The notes below the pieces were generated by a model. The model saw nothing but the letters and a program-made list of their open reading frames with translations, did not search any database and was not told the origin of the DNA. A DNA stretch of 64,000 nt, taken from the NCBI GenBank assembly GCA_021789995.1, contig JAJYIQ010000003.1, positions 7,767 through 71,766 of the forward strand. The letters are read 5' to 3'. Below are positions 7,184 through 16,774 of this stretch, in pieces. Both the position numbers and the translations under genes were made by a program. Source of the stretch: a bacterium (lineage in GTDB: Bacteria > Patescibacteriota > Microgenomatia > UBA1406 > GWC2-37-13). Every line of letters begins with the position of its first letter. The stretch's first letter is position 1.

Positions 7184-9528
7184 AGCATGACTTTTTGCTG
7201 AAAGATTTTCATCCCTTCGCTCACCTGCATCCAGAAGAAGGCCCACAACCAGACAAAAATTACCTGCCACAATACTAGCTTTCCGGACATTAAAAATCCG
7301 GTCAGGGCCAATCCCGTTGCCACTAATTGGGTGATGGTCGTTGCCAGTATCACCTGAATGCTTGGAAAAAATTTCCACCAGCGTTCTTTGGTATGGGCAA
7401 CATAAATAAGCATATGGCCGGAAACGGTCAGTTTGAGGAAAAACATCGATTGGAGAATGTTCCAATTTAAATGCCAGATATTTCGCATCAGAAAAAATAG
7501 TAACAGACTGTTAACAATACCGGCCACGCCGTATAGCGATCCCAGTACGAACCGTTTCTTGACTTCAATCCGCGCCGGCCGGTGGGCGATTTTCACCCGG
7601 TCAAACGCCAGGGAAATAATCGGGATGTCATTTAACAAAGCAATAAGTATTATTTGCAATGACGTCATCGGATAACTGCCGTAAAAGATACCTAAAACGG
7701 TAATCGTTACGATAAGACGCAGGCTTTCGGAAATACGATAAAGGGAATAAACATACAGCCGCTCGAAGATTTTTCGGCTTTCGATAATGGCATCCCGGAT
7801 GACACTGATGCCGTCTGATAGAAGAACGATATCGGCCGTCGCCTTCAAAGCGGCAACGGCGTTTTTGACGGCAATCCCGACATTGGCCGCCTTGATCGCC
7901 GGCAGGTCGTTAACGCCGTCACCGTTGGCGGCGACGATAAAAAACTGTTTTGCCTTTTGAACCAAGTGAAATTTGTCTTCCGGCAAAATTTCGGCAAAGG
8001 CCCCTGTTTTTTGGAAAAAATCGGCCGACATTTTATTCTTGTCCGTTTTATCCAGCTCATCTTTCGTCACAATCCGGCCTTTACTAATCGATAGCTGTCT
8101 CGCAATCTGAGCCGCAATCGCCCGGTTGTCGCCGGTGACCATACTAATACCAATGCCGTTTTCCACCAAAAACTGGACGACCGATTTGGCATCCGGCCGG
8201 AGAGTATCGGATAAAGCCATTAAGCCAACTATCTTCATCTTTTCCTCCCGATTGTTATCGGCGACGGCAACAGCCAGCGTCCGGTAACCGGCGGCAGCTA
8301 AAGTCGCGACCTCCCGGATGAATTTTCCCTCCATTTGGTGATCGAGGGAACAAAAACCGGCGACGATCTGCGGCGCGCCGACGGTGATCGTCGTGTACTT
8401 ACCCTCCCGTTCGATGACAATCGTGCTCCGTTTCCGGTCGGAATCGGCCGGGACGAAATTACATTTGGTAAACGGCGGCAAAGGCAGACGGATGGACTGG
8501 GCTTTCTCCATAATAGCCGCATCGATCGGATTATCGCTTTCGACGGAAGCGGGAATGGCGGCATAAGCGACCACGTCGTTGTGGGTAAAACCATCGTAAG
8601 CATAAATATCCTGGACGGTGATTTTATTTTTAGTCAGCGTCCCGGTTTTATCCGTCAACAGAAAATTGACGTTGGCCAAATCATCCAAAGCCGACAGCCG
8701 GCGGACGATGGCGTTTTTTTTGGCCAGGGCCAACACGCCGAATTCGATGATTAAGGTCATTACTGTCGGCAAACTGACGGGAATACCGGCAATAATCAGA
8801 CTTAAATCAAGAGTCAACAGTTCCAGAAAAGGTGCTTTTTCCAGAAGTAATATGATGGTTAAAATGAAGACGGCAGCTATACTTAAGACGGTAAGAAATC
8901 GGGAAATATTGATAATGTCTTTTTCCAACAGGCTTTGTTTCCGTACCCGTTCGACGGAAAAAAGCGTCTTGCCGAAATTCGTTCGCGGGCCGGTAGCAAT
9001 GACGTTAACGATCACGATGCCGGTCGCGATAAACGAACCGGAAAAAACTGCCTCACCCGCTTTTTTATCCTTGGGAAGAGATTCACCGGTGAGGACTGAT
9101 TCATTGACGGAGATGTGGTCCCCTTCGACGATTTTACCGTCGGCCGGGACGACTTCGCCGGTTGATAATTTTATAATGTCGCCTGCCACCAATAACCGTG
9201 TACTTATATGCTGCCAGTGATTATCTCGAAAAACTTTGATTTTTTGTTCAAGATTTTTATTGAGTTTGTTGATCGCCTGATCGGCTTTATTTTCCTGCCA
9301 AAGAGTAATTCCGACATTTAGTATTAAAAGAATAAGGATAAAACTGCCGTCAAATGTTTTACCCAAAAAATAAGACAGGATCGCGGCCAAAAAAAGCATT
9401 AGGGAAATGGGGGAGGCAAGATTTTTTCCGATCTTTTGCAGGAAACCCGGCTTCTTTTCCGGAATCTCGTTCGGACCGTCTTGTTTAAAAAGTAAATCAG
9501 CCTGAGCAGCGGTTAATCCAGTATACAT
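7180..9528 (-). CDS. P-type cation-transporting ATPase (P3A/H+- or Mg2+-ATPase-like)
   Basis: Motifs DKTGTLT, TGES, MVTGDN and GDGVNDLPAIKAANVGIAV, with about 10 TM helices. The N-terminus GLTAAQADLLFKQDGPNEI resembles plasma-membrane-type pumps. Confidence 0.9.
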   Translation of the reverse strand: MYTGLTAAQADLLFKQDGPNEIPEKKPGFLQKIGKNLASPISLMLFLAAILSYFLGKTFDGSFILILLILNVGITLWQENKADQAINKLNKNLEQKIKVFRDNHWQHISTRLLVAGDIIKLSTGEVVPADGKIVEGDHISVNESVLTGESLPKDKKAGEAVFSGSFIATGIVIVNVIATGPRTNFGKTLFSVERVRKQSLLEKDIINISRFLTVLSIAAVFILTIILLLEKAPFLELLTLDLSLIIAGIPVSLPTVMTLIIEFGVLALAKKNAIVRRLSALDDLANVNFLLTDKTGTLTKNKITVQDIYAYDGFTHNDVVAYAAIPASVESDNPIDAAIMEKAQSIRLPLPPFTKCNFVPADSDRKRSTIVIEREGKYTTITVGAPQIVAGFCSLDHQMEGKFIREVATLAAAGYRTLAVAVADNNREEKMKIVGLMALSDTLRPDAKSVVQFLVENGIGISMVTGDNRAIAAQIARQLSISKGRIVTKDELDKTDKNKMSADFFQKTGAFAEILPEDKFHLVQKAKQFFIVAANGDGVNDLPAIKAANVGIAVKNAVAALKATADIVLLSDGISVIRDAIIESRKIFERLYVYSLYRISESLRLIVTITVLGIFYGSYPMTSLQIILIALLNDIPIISLAFDRVKIAHRPARIEVKKRFVLGSLYGVAGIVNSLLLFFLMRNIWHLNWNILQSMFFLKLTVSGHMLIYVAHTKERWWKFFPSIQVILATTITQLVATGLALTGFLMSGKLVLWQVIFVWLWAFFWMQVSEGMKIFQQKVML

Positions 9529-9544
9529 ATCTATAATTATAGAT
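9529..9544. promoter_or_regulatory. perfect 16-bp palindrome ATCTATAATTATAGAT abutting the ATPase start codon
   Basis: The sequence is its own reverse complement and lies directly 5' of the ATG at 9528 on the minus strand. It contains TATAAT 7 nt upstream of the ATG, so it may be a -10 element of a leaderless transcript and/or an operator. Confidence 0.35.
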
Positions 9545-9599
9545 AATTATCAATGGTTGTTATTGAAATTTCTAGAAAGTTCATGTAATACTTGTATTA

Positions 9600-10562
9600 A
9601 TGGACAAAAATGCTTTTGTCAAGTATTTTGTTATACCTGGAATATTGATTTTTTTACTGGCGCTTTTTGTCCTGGCAAATATTTTTGCTCCTCCCGGTAA
9701 GGGAAATATTTTTTCTCCCCCACAATCATCCGAACCGCCCTGGGCAAAGCCTCCGACATCGGCCCCGACCGTGATACCTAAATGGGTCGGTGAAGAATAC
9801 AATCAAATCGAAGTGGATCTGCGAAATTTTCCCCGGACCTATTGGGCTGGGAACGGCGTCGCCAATCCGCAGATGTCGGATAAAATCATTACCGCCAGTC
9901 CGGTCGATCCGGCGCAGATTGAGAGAATTTATAAATTCCGCTCTTGCCACGGACACGATTATTACGGGGCGGATTATGACGGAAGCGCAGAACCTAACAG
10001 CTCGATGAAGGATTATTTTAAACCGCTTGAAAGCCTGGAAAATACGAATAACAAGGTGAAGATTTTTGCCCCGTTTGACGGGGTGATCGTCCAAATCGAC
10101 CCCATGGATATTGTCCGGGGCCGCCATTTTATGATCATGCACGAACCTTTTGACGGCTGGTATGCGACTTTCATCCACATCAACTTTAAAGACTCGGAAA
10201 TTTATGAAGGCGCTCATGTCAAAGCCGGACAGCTTCTGGGATACGCGGTTACCGACAACTATGGACGGGACTTCGATTTTGCCCTGCAGCGATTTAAATA
10301 TGAAAATGTCCAATATAACGGCGCCTACGTCAACGATAATTTCCAAACATATCTGACACAAAATCTCGAACCGCCCTTTGCCCATATGACAAATGCCGTG
10401 CTCGCCCAGTGGGTAGTTAAAGGAGCGACGGCGTCCGACACGATTGTCAGCAAAGCGGACCGCGAAGCCAATCCCTGCACCTGCAAGGGTGGGGCGCCGG
10501 GAACGACCAGCTGTCATTACCATAATCCCAATGGCATGGATAGTGTTGTTGTAAAACAATGA
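9600..10562 (+). CDS. hypothetical membrane-anchored secreted protein with a degenerate M23/LytM-like core
   Basis: N-terminal TM helix. The segment FAPFDGVIV...GWYATFIHINF...GAHVKAGQLLGY resembles the M23 beta-core but lacks the HxH motif. Cys-rich C-terminus. Confidence 0.45.
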   Translation: MDKNAFVKYFVIPGILIFLLALFVLANIFAPPGKGNIFSPPQSSEPPWAKPPTSAPTVIPKWVGEEYNQIEVDLRNFPRTYWAGNGVANPQMSDKIITASPVDPAQIERIYKFRSCHGHDYYGADYDGSAEPNSSMKDYFKPLESLENTNNKVKIFAPFDGVIVQIDPMDIVRGRHFMIMHEPFDGWYATFIHINFKDSEIYEGAHVKAGQLLGYAVTDNYGRDFDFALQRFKYENVQYNGAYVNDNFQTYLTQNLEPPFAHMTNAVLAQWVVKGATASDTIVSKADREANPCTCKGGAPGTTSCHYHNPNGMDSVVVKQ

Positions 10563-10972
10563 TTAAACACAAATATTTGCTTTGGAAAATTTTGGGCCTG
10601 GTTTTCATCGTAATATTGGCATTTTTTGTCGTCGGAATATGGCGTGCCATGCACCCGACTGCCACCAGTAATCTTCAGGGGACGTGGACGACATTCAAAC
10701 CGGCGACGGCTGATTCTCCGGTAGTAACCATTATGTTTGCTAAAAATTTGACCGGCATTAAATACGCCATGGAAAACATAAGCTATATGGCTTCACGTTT
10801 TCAATATCAGGCGATAAATGGTCACACGCTGACAATCACCGATCAATCCGGAAGCAAAAACGTGACGGTTAAAATGCCGAATATCGACACCCTGATACTC
10901 AATACCGACGGCAATGAAGTTACTTTCCACCGGTCCAAGCTTGACTACGGGTATCTAAATACGTGGTATTAA
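10559..10972 (+). CDS. hypothetical membrane-anchored protein
   Basis: N-terminal TM helix and a 4-bp overlap with the upstream gene. No motif recognised. Confidence 0.5.
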   Translation: MIKHKYLLWKILGLVFIVILAFFVVGIWRAMHPTATSNLQGTWTTFKPATADSPVVTIMFAKNLTGIKYAMENISYMASRFQYQAINGHTLTITDQSGSKNVTVKMPNIDTLILNTDGNEVTFHRSKLDYGYLNTWY

Positions 10973-10976
10973 ATAA

Positions 10977-11456
10977 ATGAAGAAAAAAATTCCCTTTACC
11001 CGCGACGGGTTAATGCAAATACAAGTAGAGTATGAATTGCTGGAAAAAAGTCGGCCGGACGCCGTTAATGATCTTCGGCTTGCCCGAGAAAAAGGCGATT
11101 TAAGTGAAAATACCGCCTACCGCGCCGCCCGATCGAAGCTCTCCTCGATTGACAACCGTTTGCGCCGGTTGAAACGATTGCTTGACAATGCTTACGTCGT
11201 TGAAAACAAAAATGCCGATTTTATCGACATCGGCACTTTTGTAACTATTGTCGATGACAATAACATCAGCCAATCTTTTCAGGTCGTCAGTACCCACGAA
11301 GCCGACATTAACCGGGGAAAAATCTCCTCCTACTCACCGCTTGGGAAATCCCTTATCGGCAAGAGGACAAATGATAAAGTTACGATAATTACTCCGTCGG
11401 GAGTCAAGACTTACATGATAAAAAATATTTCTCTCGAAAGAACAATTAAATCATAG
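10977..11456 (+). CDS. greA: transcription elongation factor GreA
   Basis: The coiled-coil N-domain contains GDLSENTAYRAAR. A C-terminal FKBP-like domain is present. Confidence 0.85.
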   Translation: MKKKIPFTRDGLMQIQVEYELLEKSRPDAVNDLRLAREKGDLSENTAYRAARSKLSSIDNRLRRLKRLLDNAYVVENKNADFIDIGTFVTIVDDNNISQSFQVVSTHEADINRGKISSYSPLGKSLIGKRTNDKVTIITPSGVKTYMIKNISLERTIKS

Positions 11457-11539
11457 CATAATCCATAATTATCGGTCTTCTCGACTAACCGGACGCAGCC
11501 ACGAGCAACCAAGACAAAAAACAATTACCACATACAATA

Positions 11540-11959
11540 TTATTTAACTGCCTGCTTCACGAGAGCGGCAATTTTGGCTTCTACGGCCGGGGTTATTTTT
11601 GTAATAGCATACGTCACCGGCCAAAAATTGCCTTCGTCAAGGTTTGCTTTGTCGCTGAAACCTAATGTCGAGTATCTCGTTTTAAATTTACTCGCGTATT
11701 GGAAAAAACATACCACTTTACCATCGTTAGTTGCATATGCGGGAAACCCATACCAGGTTTTCGGAATAAGTTTTGGAGTGGTCTTTTTAATAATCTCATG
11801 GACTTGTTTGGCCAAACTCCGATCCGGTTCCGGCAGCTTGGTGATCGCCGCCAGCACGACACTTTCCCCTTCGGTTTTACCTTCCCGCAATTCCCGGGCA
11901 CGCTCCCGCATCGCCGCTTTCTCTTCATCCGAAAATCCCTTCTGTTTTGTGTTTTTCAT
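11540..11959 (-). CDS. DUF1801 (YdhG-like) domain protein
   Basis: KLIPKTWYGFPAYATNDGKVVCFFQYASKFKTRYSTLGF matches the DUF1801 pattern as I recall it. Confidence 0.55.
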   Translation of the reverse strand: MKNTKQKGFSDEEKAAMRERARELREGKTEGESVVLAAITKLPEPDRSLAKQVHEIIKKTTPKLIPKTWYGFPAYATNDGKVVCFFQYASKFKTRYSTLGFSDKANLDEGNFWPVTYAITKITPAVEAKIAALVKQAVK

Positions 11960-12141
11960 GATTTATTAAATTTATTAATGCGTTAATAATAGCAGAATAT
12001 ATTTTAAAAAATGTAATATTTAAACCAAATACTAGAAGTTATTTTTCCCAGTCTTATTATAGGCCGGTTAAAAAACGGCTTGAATATCGTTCTTACCATC
12101 TCGGCTATTTTGGCATTTTTGGGGCCACAACCGGCGATCTC

Positions 12142-12813
12142 TTATTTTGCCAGCAGTTTGAACAACCAACCGAATACACTAAATGATTGCTCTTCCAAGT
12201 TTATTTTATCCTGAAGAGCAGTGTTTTGATCAGTCAGCGTTTGAATCGCCGTCTGCACGAGGGTGATGTCGCCGGAATTGGTCAGCTGGGACTGCAACTC
12301 CTGCAGTTGTTTTATCCGTAACTGGTTTTGTTCTATCTGAACTTGCAGGTTTTTGACCGCGCCGAAATCGGTACCGGTCAACAGCCGTAACAGCTGGTTT
12401 TTAGAATCCAAATTGTTCAACTGAGTTTGGATCTGGGTCTGGGCCTGGTTTTGTTCCCGGGCAATCTGCCTGACCTGTTTACCGATCCCGCCTTCCGTCC
12501 TCACCTGCAGTAATTGCTGGACCTGGGTCGCTACCGCGCTCATGTGAAGAACTGCCTCTTCATTGCGGTTTTGTCCGGCTTCTCTCGTTCCTTCCTTTGG
12601 AGTTTCCATAACGGTAGTTTCCTGCTCCGGTGTCCCCTGATGGATTTGCGTACCCTCACCATGATTTTTAATCTCTGCTTGATTTTGGTTTTCGATCTGT
12701 TTATTTGGTTGTTTGTGTTCTGTTACCGGTTTTTCGCCAATATAGTCCATATTGGCCATCACCGGAAACGACAATATGAAAAAAAGCGCTAAAATAAATA
12801 TATATTTATGCAT
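12142..12813 (-). CDS. secreted Gln-rich coiled-coil protein, hypothetical
   Basis: Start moved to MHKYIFILALFFILSFPVMA (signal peptide), which is preceded by a GGAGGTGAG RBS. The rest is Q/N/E-rich and helical. Confidence 0.55.
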   Translation of the reverse strand: MHKYIFILALFFILSFPVMANMDYIGEKPVTEHKQPNKQIENQNQAEIKNHGEGTQIHQGTPEQETTVMETPKEGTREAGQNRNEEAVLHMSAVATQVQQLLQVRTEGGIGKQVRQIAREQNQAQTQIQTQLNNLDSKNQLLRLLTGTDFGAVKNLQVQIEQNQLRIKQLQELQSQLTNSGDITLVQTAIQTLTDQNTALQDKINLEEQSFSVFGWLFKLLAK

Positions 12814-12875
12814 GTACTCACCTCCTTTATATAAATAATAGCAAACCGGCGAGCCGATTTCTACCGGTGATAGAA

Positions 12876-13142
12876 TTAGAAGCAGTAACCTAATAAACAA
12901 ATTGGTAAATCATTATTTAAATACCATTTATTATGAAATTTAACAATCTTAATCGTTTCGCCCGAAGTCAGTTTGCATAATCCGTAATTGTCGGTTTTTT
13001 CAACTAATTGAGCACATCCCCGGAAAGCATAATAATTTTCAAATGTGCGATGCGCTTTGCGTAATGTTACCCATTGGTTTATAGCCACTGCCAGAATAAA
13101 TATTATTATCGCTCCCGATATCACCAAATATAATTTTCTCAT
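12876..13142 (-). CDS. small membrane-anchored hypothetical protein
   Basis: MRKLYLVISGAIIIFILAVAI is a TM helix, followed by a Cys-containing domain. The start is uncertain (ATG at 13142, or TTG at 13163). Confidence 0.4.
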   Translation of the reverse strand: MRKLYLVISGAIIIFILAVAINQWVTLRKAHRTFENYYAFRGCAQLVEKTDNYGLCKLTSGETIKIVKFHNKWYLNNDLPICLLGYCF

Positions 13143-13200
13143 ATACGGTATTAGTCCGGGCAAATCTTATCAATCATTCTAAACGTGCTATACTTCCCAT

Positions 13201-14955
13201 ATGAATAAGGAGCTGAAAGAAATCATGACGGGAATAAAACGCTCCGTCTCCCTGCTAAGCTCCCGGGAGAAAAAAAGTCTGGCGGTCGCCACCATTCTTA
13301 TCCTCATTTCCGGCGTTCTAAACAATTTGCCGGCGGTCATTTTGGGGCGGCTGGTCGATAAAATAGCCGGTCTGTCTCCAATCCCCTTCGGTTTGATTAC
13401 ACCATTTTTGTTGCTTATTATCGCCATCATTTTGATCAAGGAGGGATTGAATGTCATTTGGAAATATCTCATTGAAAATATTGCTACCCAAGTGGATAAG
13501 GAACAGACAGTCACCGTCATCGACCGGCTCTTGAAAACCGATATCGGCGGCTTTTTGCAAAAGCAGGCGATAGGCGCCATCCATGGCCGGGTCTTTCGCT
13601 CGATCCAGGGATTGATATTGATTCTGAAATTGACTTTCCGGGAATTCGCCCCGCTTTTTTTCAGTGCCCTGGCGGCAATCGCCATCGCTTTTTACCAGAA
13701 ACCGCCGATTGCCACGGTGATGATTCTTGTCATCCCGACCGGTTTATTTATCATCATTAAACAGGTCTCTTCCCAAAAAGGGATCCGCGTGTCTCTTCTT
13801 CGCGGCAAGGAACAGATCGACGGCAAAGTGGTAGAAATGTTAGGCGGCATCGAAACAATCCGCACTTTAAATACCGTACCGCAGGAGGTCGGCAAGATCG
13901 AAGGCATTGCTGAACGGTTACGGGTAATCGAGATCCGTCATCATATTTACATGGCCCTTTTTGATGCCGCCAAATATTTAAACGAAAGCTTTTTTTATAT
14001 CCTCGTCGTCGTCCTGGCCATATTTTTTGCCGCCAACGGGATAATCACTAAAGGCGATATTCTCGTTTATTCCATCCTGTTTTTGAGTATTACTTCGCCG
14101 CTAAGGGAAATCCACCGGATTCTTGACCAAGCCCATGAAAATTCCATCCGGGTAAACGATTTATACGACTTGCTGCACCAACCGATCGACATTTCATACT
14201 CGGCCAAAAAAGGCCCGGCGGCCGACAGACAAAAAACGGCCGTAATCATAAAAGATTTGCGTTTTACTTATCCCGGAAAAGCCGATATCCCGCTTGATGG
14301 CGTCAATCTGACGATCGAAACCGGCCAAAGCATTGGTATCGCCGGCGTCTCGGGCGGCGGGAAAACGACTTTCATCCATATTCTTTTGAAACTGATCCAC
14401 GGCTACTCCGGCGAAATCATTCTCTTTGGTAAAAATTTAAAAAATATCAGCCGGGAAGAAATCGCCGCCAAAATCGCCTATGTTCCCCAGCGGCCGTTTA
14501 TTTTTTCGGGGACGATAAAAGAGAATATTGCCTACGGCGTTGATCATCCGGCGGAGGCGGAAATTATTGCCGCGGCTAAAAAAACCCATATTTACAACGA
14601 AATTATGAACGATTTGGGCGGATTGAATGGCCCGGTGGACGAAAACGGTGCCAATTTAAGCGGCGGCCAAAGGCAGCGGCTGGCGATCGCGCGGGTGTTG
14701 CTGCAAAAACCGGAACTTATTATATTTGATGAAGCGACATCGGCACTCGATAATACCAATGAGGTAATTATCCAAAAAAATATCGAAAAGGAATTTCGGG
14801 GAAAGACGATGATGACGATCGCCCACCGGCTGACAACGCTGAAAGACTGCGACCGGATCATGGTTTTTGACCGGGGGAAAATCGTTCAGACGGGAACATT
14901 CGCTGAGCTTTCGGCCGCCAACGGCCTGTTTCGCACTTTCTTAAGGCAACATTAA
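13201..14955 (+). CDS. ABC exporter, fused permease/ATPase (MsbA-like)
   Basis: Six-TM domain followed by Walker A (GVSGGGKTT), the signature LSGGQRQR and Walker B (LIIFDEATSALD). Confidence 0.9.
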   Translation: MNKELKEIMTGIKRSVSLLSSREKKSLAVATILILISGVLNNLPAVILGRLVDKIAGLSPIPFGLITPFLLLIIAIILIKEGLNVIWKYLIENIATQVDKEQTVTVIDRLLKTDIGGFLQKQAIGAIHGRVFRSIQGLILILKLTFREFAPLFFSALAAIAIAFYQKPPIATVMILVIPTGLFIIIKQVSSQKGIRVSLLRGKEQIDGKVVEMLGGIETIRTLNTVPQEVGKIEGIAERLRVIEIRHHIYMALFDAAKYLNESFFYILVVVLAIFFAANGIITKGDILVYSILFLSITSPLREIHRILDQAHENSIRVNDLYDLLHQPIDISYSAKKGPAADRQKTAVIIKDLRFTYPGKADIPLDGVNLTIETGQSIGIAGVSGGGKTTFIHILLKLIHGYSGEIILFGKNLKNISREEIAAKIAYVPQRPFIFSGTIKENIAYGVDHPAEAEIIAAAKKTHIYNEIMNDLGGLNGPVDENGANLSGGQRQRLAIARVLLQKPELIIFDEATSALDNTNEVIIQKNIEKEFRGKTMMTIAHRLTTLKDCDRIMVFDRGKIVQTGTFAELSAANGLFRTFLRQH

Positions 14956-15004
14956 AATCAGCATTATTGACAATCACCGTGATATTTAGTAATTTAATTA
15001 TCCT

Positions 15005-15255
15005 ATGAATCTCCAAGTCGATGAATTTTTACGCAAAACTAAACAATGGCGGGAAAAATTTTCAAACTGTTTTTTAAAGGAGTATTACTGGAGAATCCCA
15101 AAAGGATTCTAATCCAGCAAACGGAAAATGTCCATGCAGGCCGCCAAAGAGCTTACCTTTTTTACTTTGCCCAGGCCAAACGATCAAAAACCCGTGAAGA
15201 AAGAATCGCCAAATATCTGCCGCAAATTCTTAAAGGAAAAGGATTAAACGATTAG
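15005..15255 (+). pseudogene. decayed YdeI/DUF1801-type gene (frameshifted and internally shortened)
   Basis: The ATG at 15005 opens MNLQVDEFLRKTKQWREK..., which stops at 15112. An overlapping +2 frame (15046-15255) carries the typical C-terminus AQAKRSKTREERIAKYLPQILKG. The two together are far shorter than a normal family member. Confidence 0.4.
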
Positions 15256-15311
15256 TTGACAGCCCTTTTAGCTAAATAACATACCGAATCAACGCCATCT
15301 TTTAAACAAAA

Positions 15312-16592
15312 TTACCGGTCATACGTTTGGGCATTTTCGGTAAATCCGGTAACCTGGTCAGCCCTCTTTCCTTCAAACAATTCCGCCTTTATTTTTCTGT
15401 CCCCTAACATCTGGACTAAAAATGTCCCTTCGGTCTGAAAATTAGCCGGGGCGGGAGAGCCCTCTGTCAAGCGGTCGCTCATTACTTCATATTTAACCAA
15501 ACCGGAAGTGACACCAATCTTTGCGGGATCCGGCTTGTTATTCTTAACAAAGTAAACCGAATTGGTCGGAATGTAGCCTATTTGGATCACGGACGGGTCT
15601 AAACTGAAATAAAAAAAGGATAAGGTTGGCATACCTCTCTTAAATTTTTTGTCTTCTTTTAAGGGAAACCAGTTTCCGACAAGCTTGCCGTCAACATCGT
15701 AAGCAAACTCCCCCGCTCTGGGTTCCGGCCTGATTGGCAATTTAGTGTAAAGCTGGCTTCTTAAAGGCTCGGCAAAGTAATCCAGCGGGTTAACGGAATG
15801 GCCCGATTTAGTACCGTATCTCTCGGGATGAATAAAATGGGCCTGTCTATTTAAATCAACCGCCCAGAGATCTACAGCGTCTATTGTCGGACCGCCGCCT
15901 CCCCGGCCGATAATTTCTCCGGCTTTGACGGGAATTTCATAAAAATTCTGGTCGCCTTCTGTAAGATTACCTACTTTATTCTTAATATCCGGAGATAAAT
16001 CAGTCAGATGGCAGATCATGAGAAATAAATTCTTTGAATATTGAAAATTCAGAGTATAATCATCCATTCTGCTCACATGATCGTTTGCCTCCCAACGGGC
16101 TTTCTGGTATTCGACCTGGACCAGATATCCGTCCGCTACAGCCCTGACATCGTAGGCTTGGGTCCGACCGGTTTTTTTATCTCCTTCGTGAACGTAAATA
16201 TGGTCGGCCGGGACATTATGGGATCCTGCCCCGGACGAATCCTGGGCCACGCCGGAATTAGCGCCGCCTAAAGGGCCAATTGACGTAATTTTATCAATTG
16301 GCATCGGGGGTACCGTAAATTTTACCTCTACGTCTTTTGGGAAAATCTTGCTCGTCAAAAAAATATCCCGGTACCCGCTTGTCTCCTGTTGGTTAGGTTG
16401 GCCGCTATTATTATTTTCCGATCTTTTATCAGAGTTGCCTCCGGTGACCGCCGCTATTATTACAAAAACCGCTATTGCGCTACAAATAAGCGCTATCCAC
16501 CAAAACCGTACGAGAAAAGGTTTTTTTACCGGCTCTTTTACATCTCTAATCTCCTCTACCCGATTGACAGAAGTGTCGATTTTCTCTTCCAT
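15312..16592 (-). CDS. hypothetical membrane-anchored secreted protein with a degenerate M23-like segment
   Basis: N-terminal TM helix (FWWIALICSAIAVFVIIAAV). The segment MICHLTDL...YEIPVKAGEIIGRGGGG resembles the M23 core without clear metal ligands. Confidence 0.45.
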   Translation of the reverse strand: MEEKIDTSVNRVEEIRDVKEPVKKPFLVRFWWIALICSAIAVFVIIAAVTGGNSDKRSENNNSGQPNQQETSGYRDIFLTSKIFPKDVEVKFTVPPMPIDKITSIGPLGGANSGVAQDSSGAGSHNVPADHIYVHEGDKKTGRTQAYDVRAVADGYLVQVEYQKARWEANDHVSRMDDYTLNFQYSKNLFLMICHLTDLSPDIKNKVGNLTEGDQNFYEIPVKAGEIIGRGGGGPTIDAVDLWAVDLNRQAHFIHPERYGTKSGHSVNPLDYFAEPLRSQLYTKLPIRPEPRAGEFAYDVDGKLVGNWFPLKEDKKFKRGMPTLSFFYFSLDPSVIQIGYIPTNSVYFVKNNKPDPAKIGVTSGLVKYEVMSDRLTEGSPAPANFQTEGTFLVQMLGDRKIKAELFEGKRADQVTGFTENAQTYDR

Positions 16593-16774
16593 AAGTTCCT
16601 CTCTTTAAATCAGTATAGCAAAACAAGAGAGAAGTTCTATCTTTTAGTAAATAAGCTTTAAAAACAAACAACCCACCGGATTTCTCCGTAACCAAAGAGT
16701 TGATTTTTCTTATCAATACGTTTGAACCTAAATAGTATAATAAAAGTAAATCATATAATAAGGAGGTGATAAAA

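Noticed and set aside
6560-7465. Long 301-aa version of the GT51 ORF
   Set aside because: The first 93 codons overlap the end of the ATPase gene and contain no TM helix or motif. MKKIIIIFF at 7183 gives a signal anchor and an ATGA overlap with the ATPase stop.
8335-9220. Several plus-strand ORFs (8335-8754, 8384-8566, 8618-9220) inside the P-type ATPase gene
   Set aside because: The minus-strand frame carries unambiguous P-type ATPase motifs (DKTGT, GDGVND). The plus-strand ORFs are shadow frames.
9726-10559. 277-aa ORF antisense to 9600-10562
   Set aside because: It is Arg/Gly/Ile-rich and of low complexity, with no motif. It exactly shadows the sense ORF, which has a signal anchor and operon context. 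This is a typical antisense shadow ORF.
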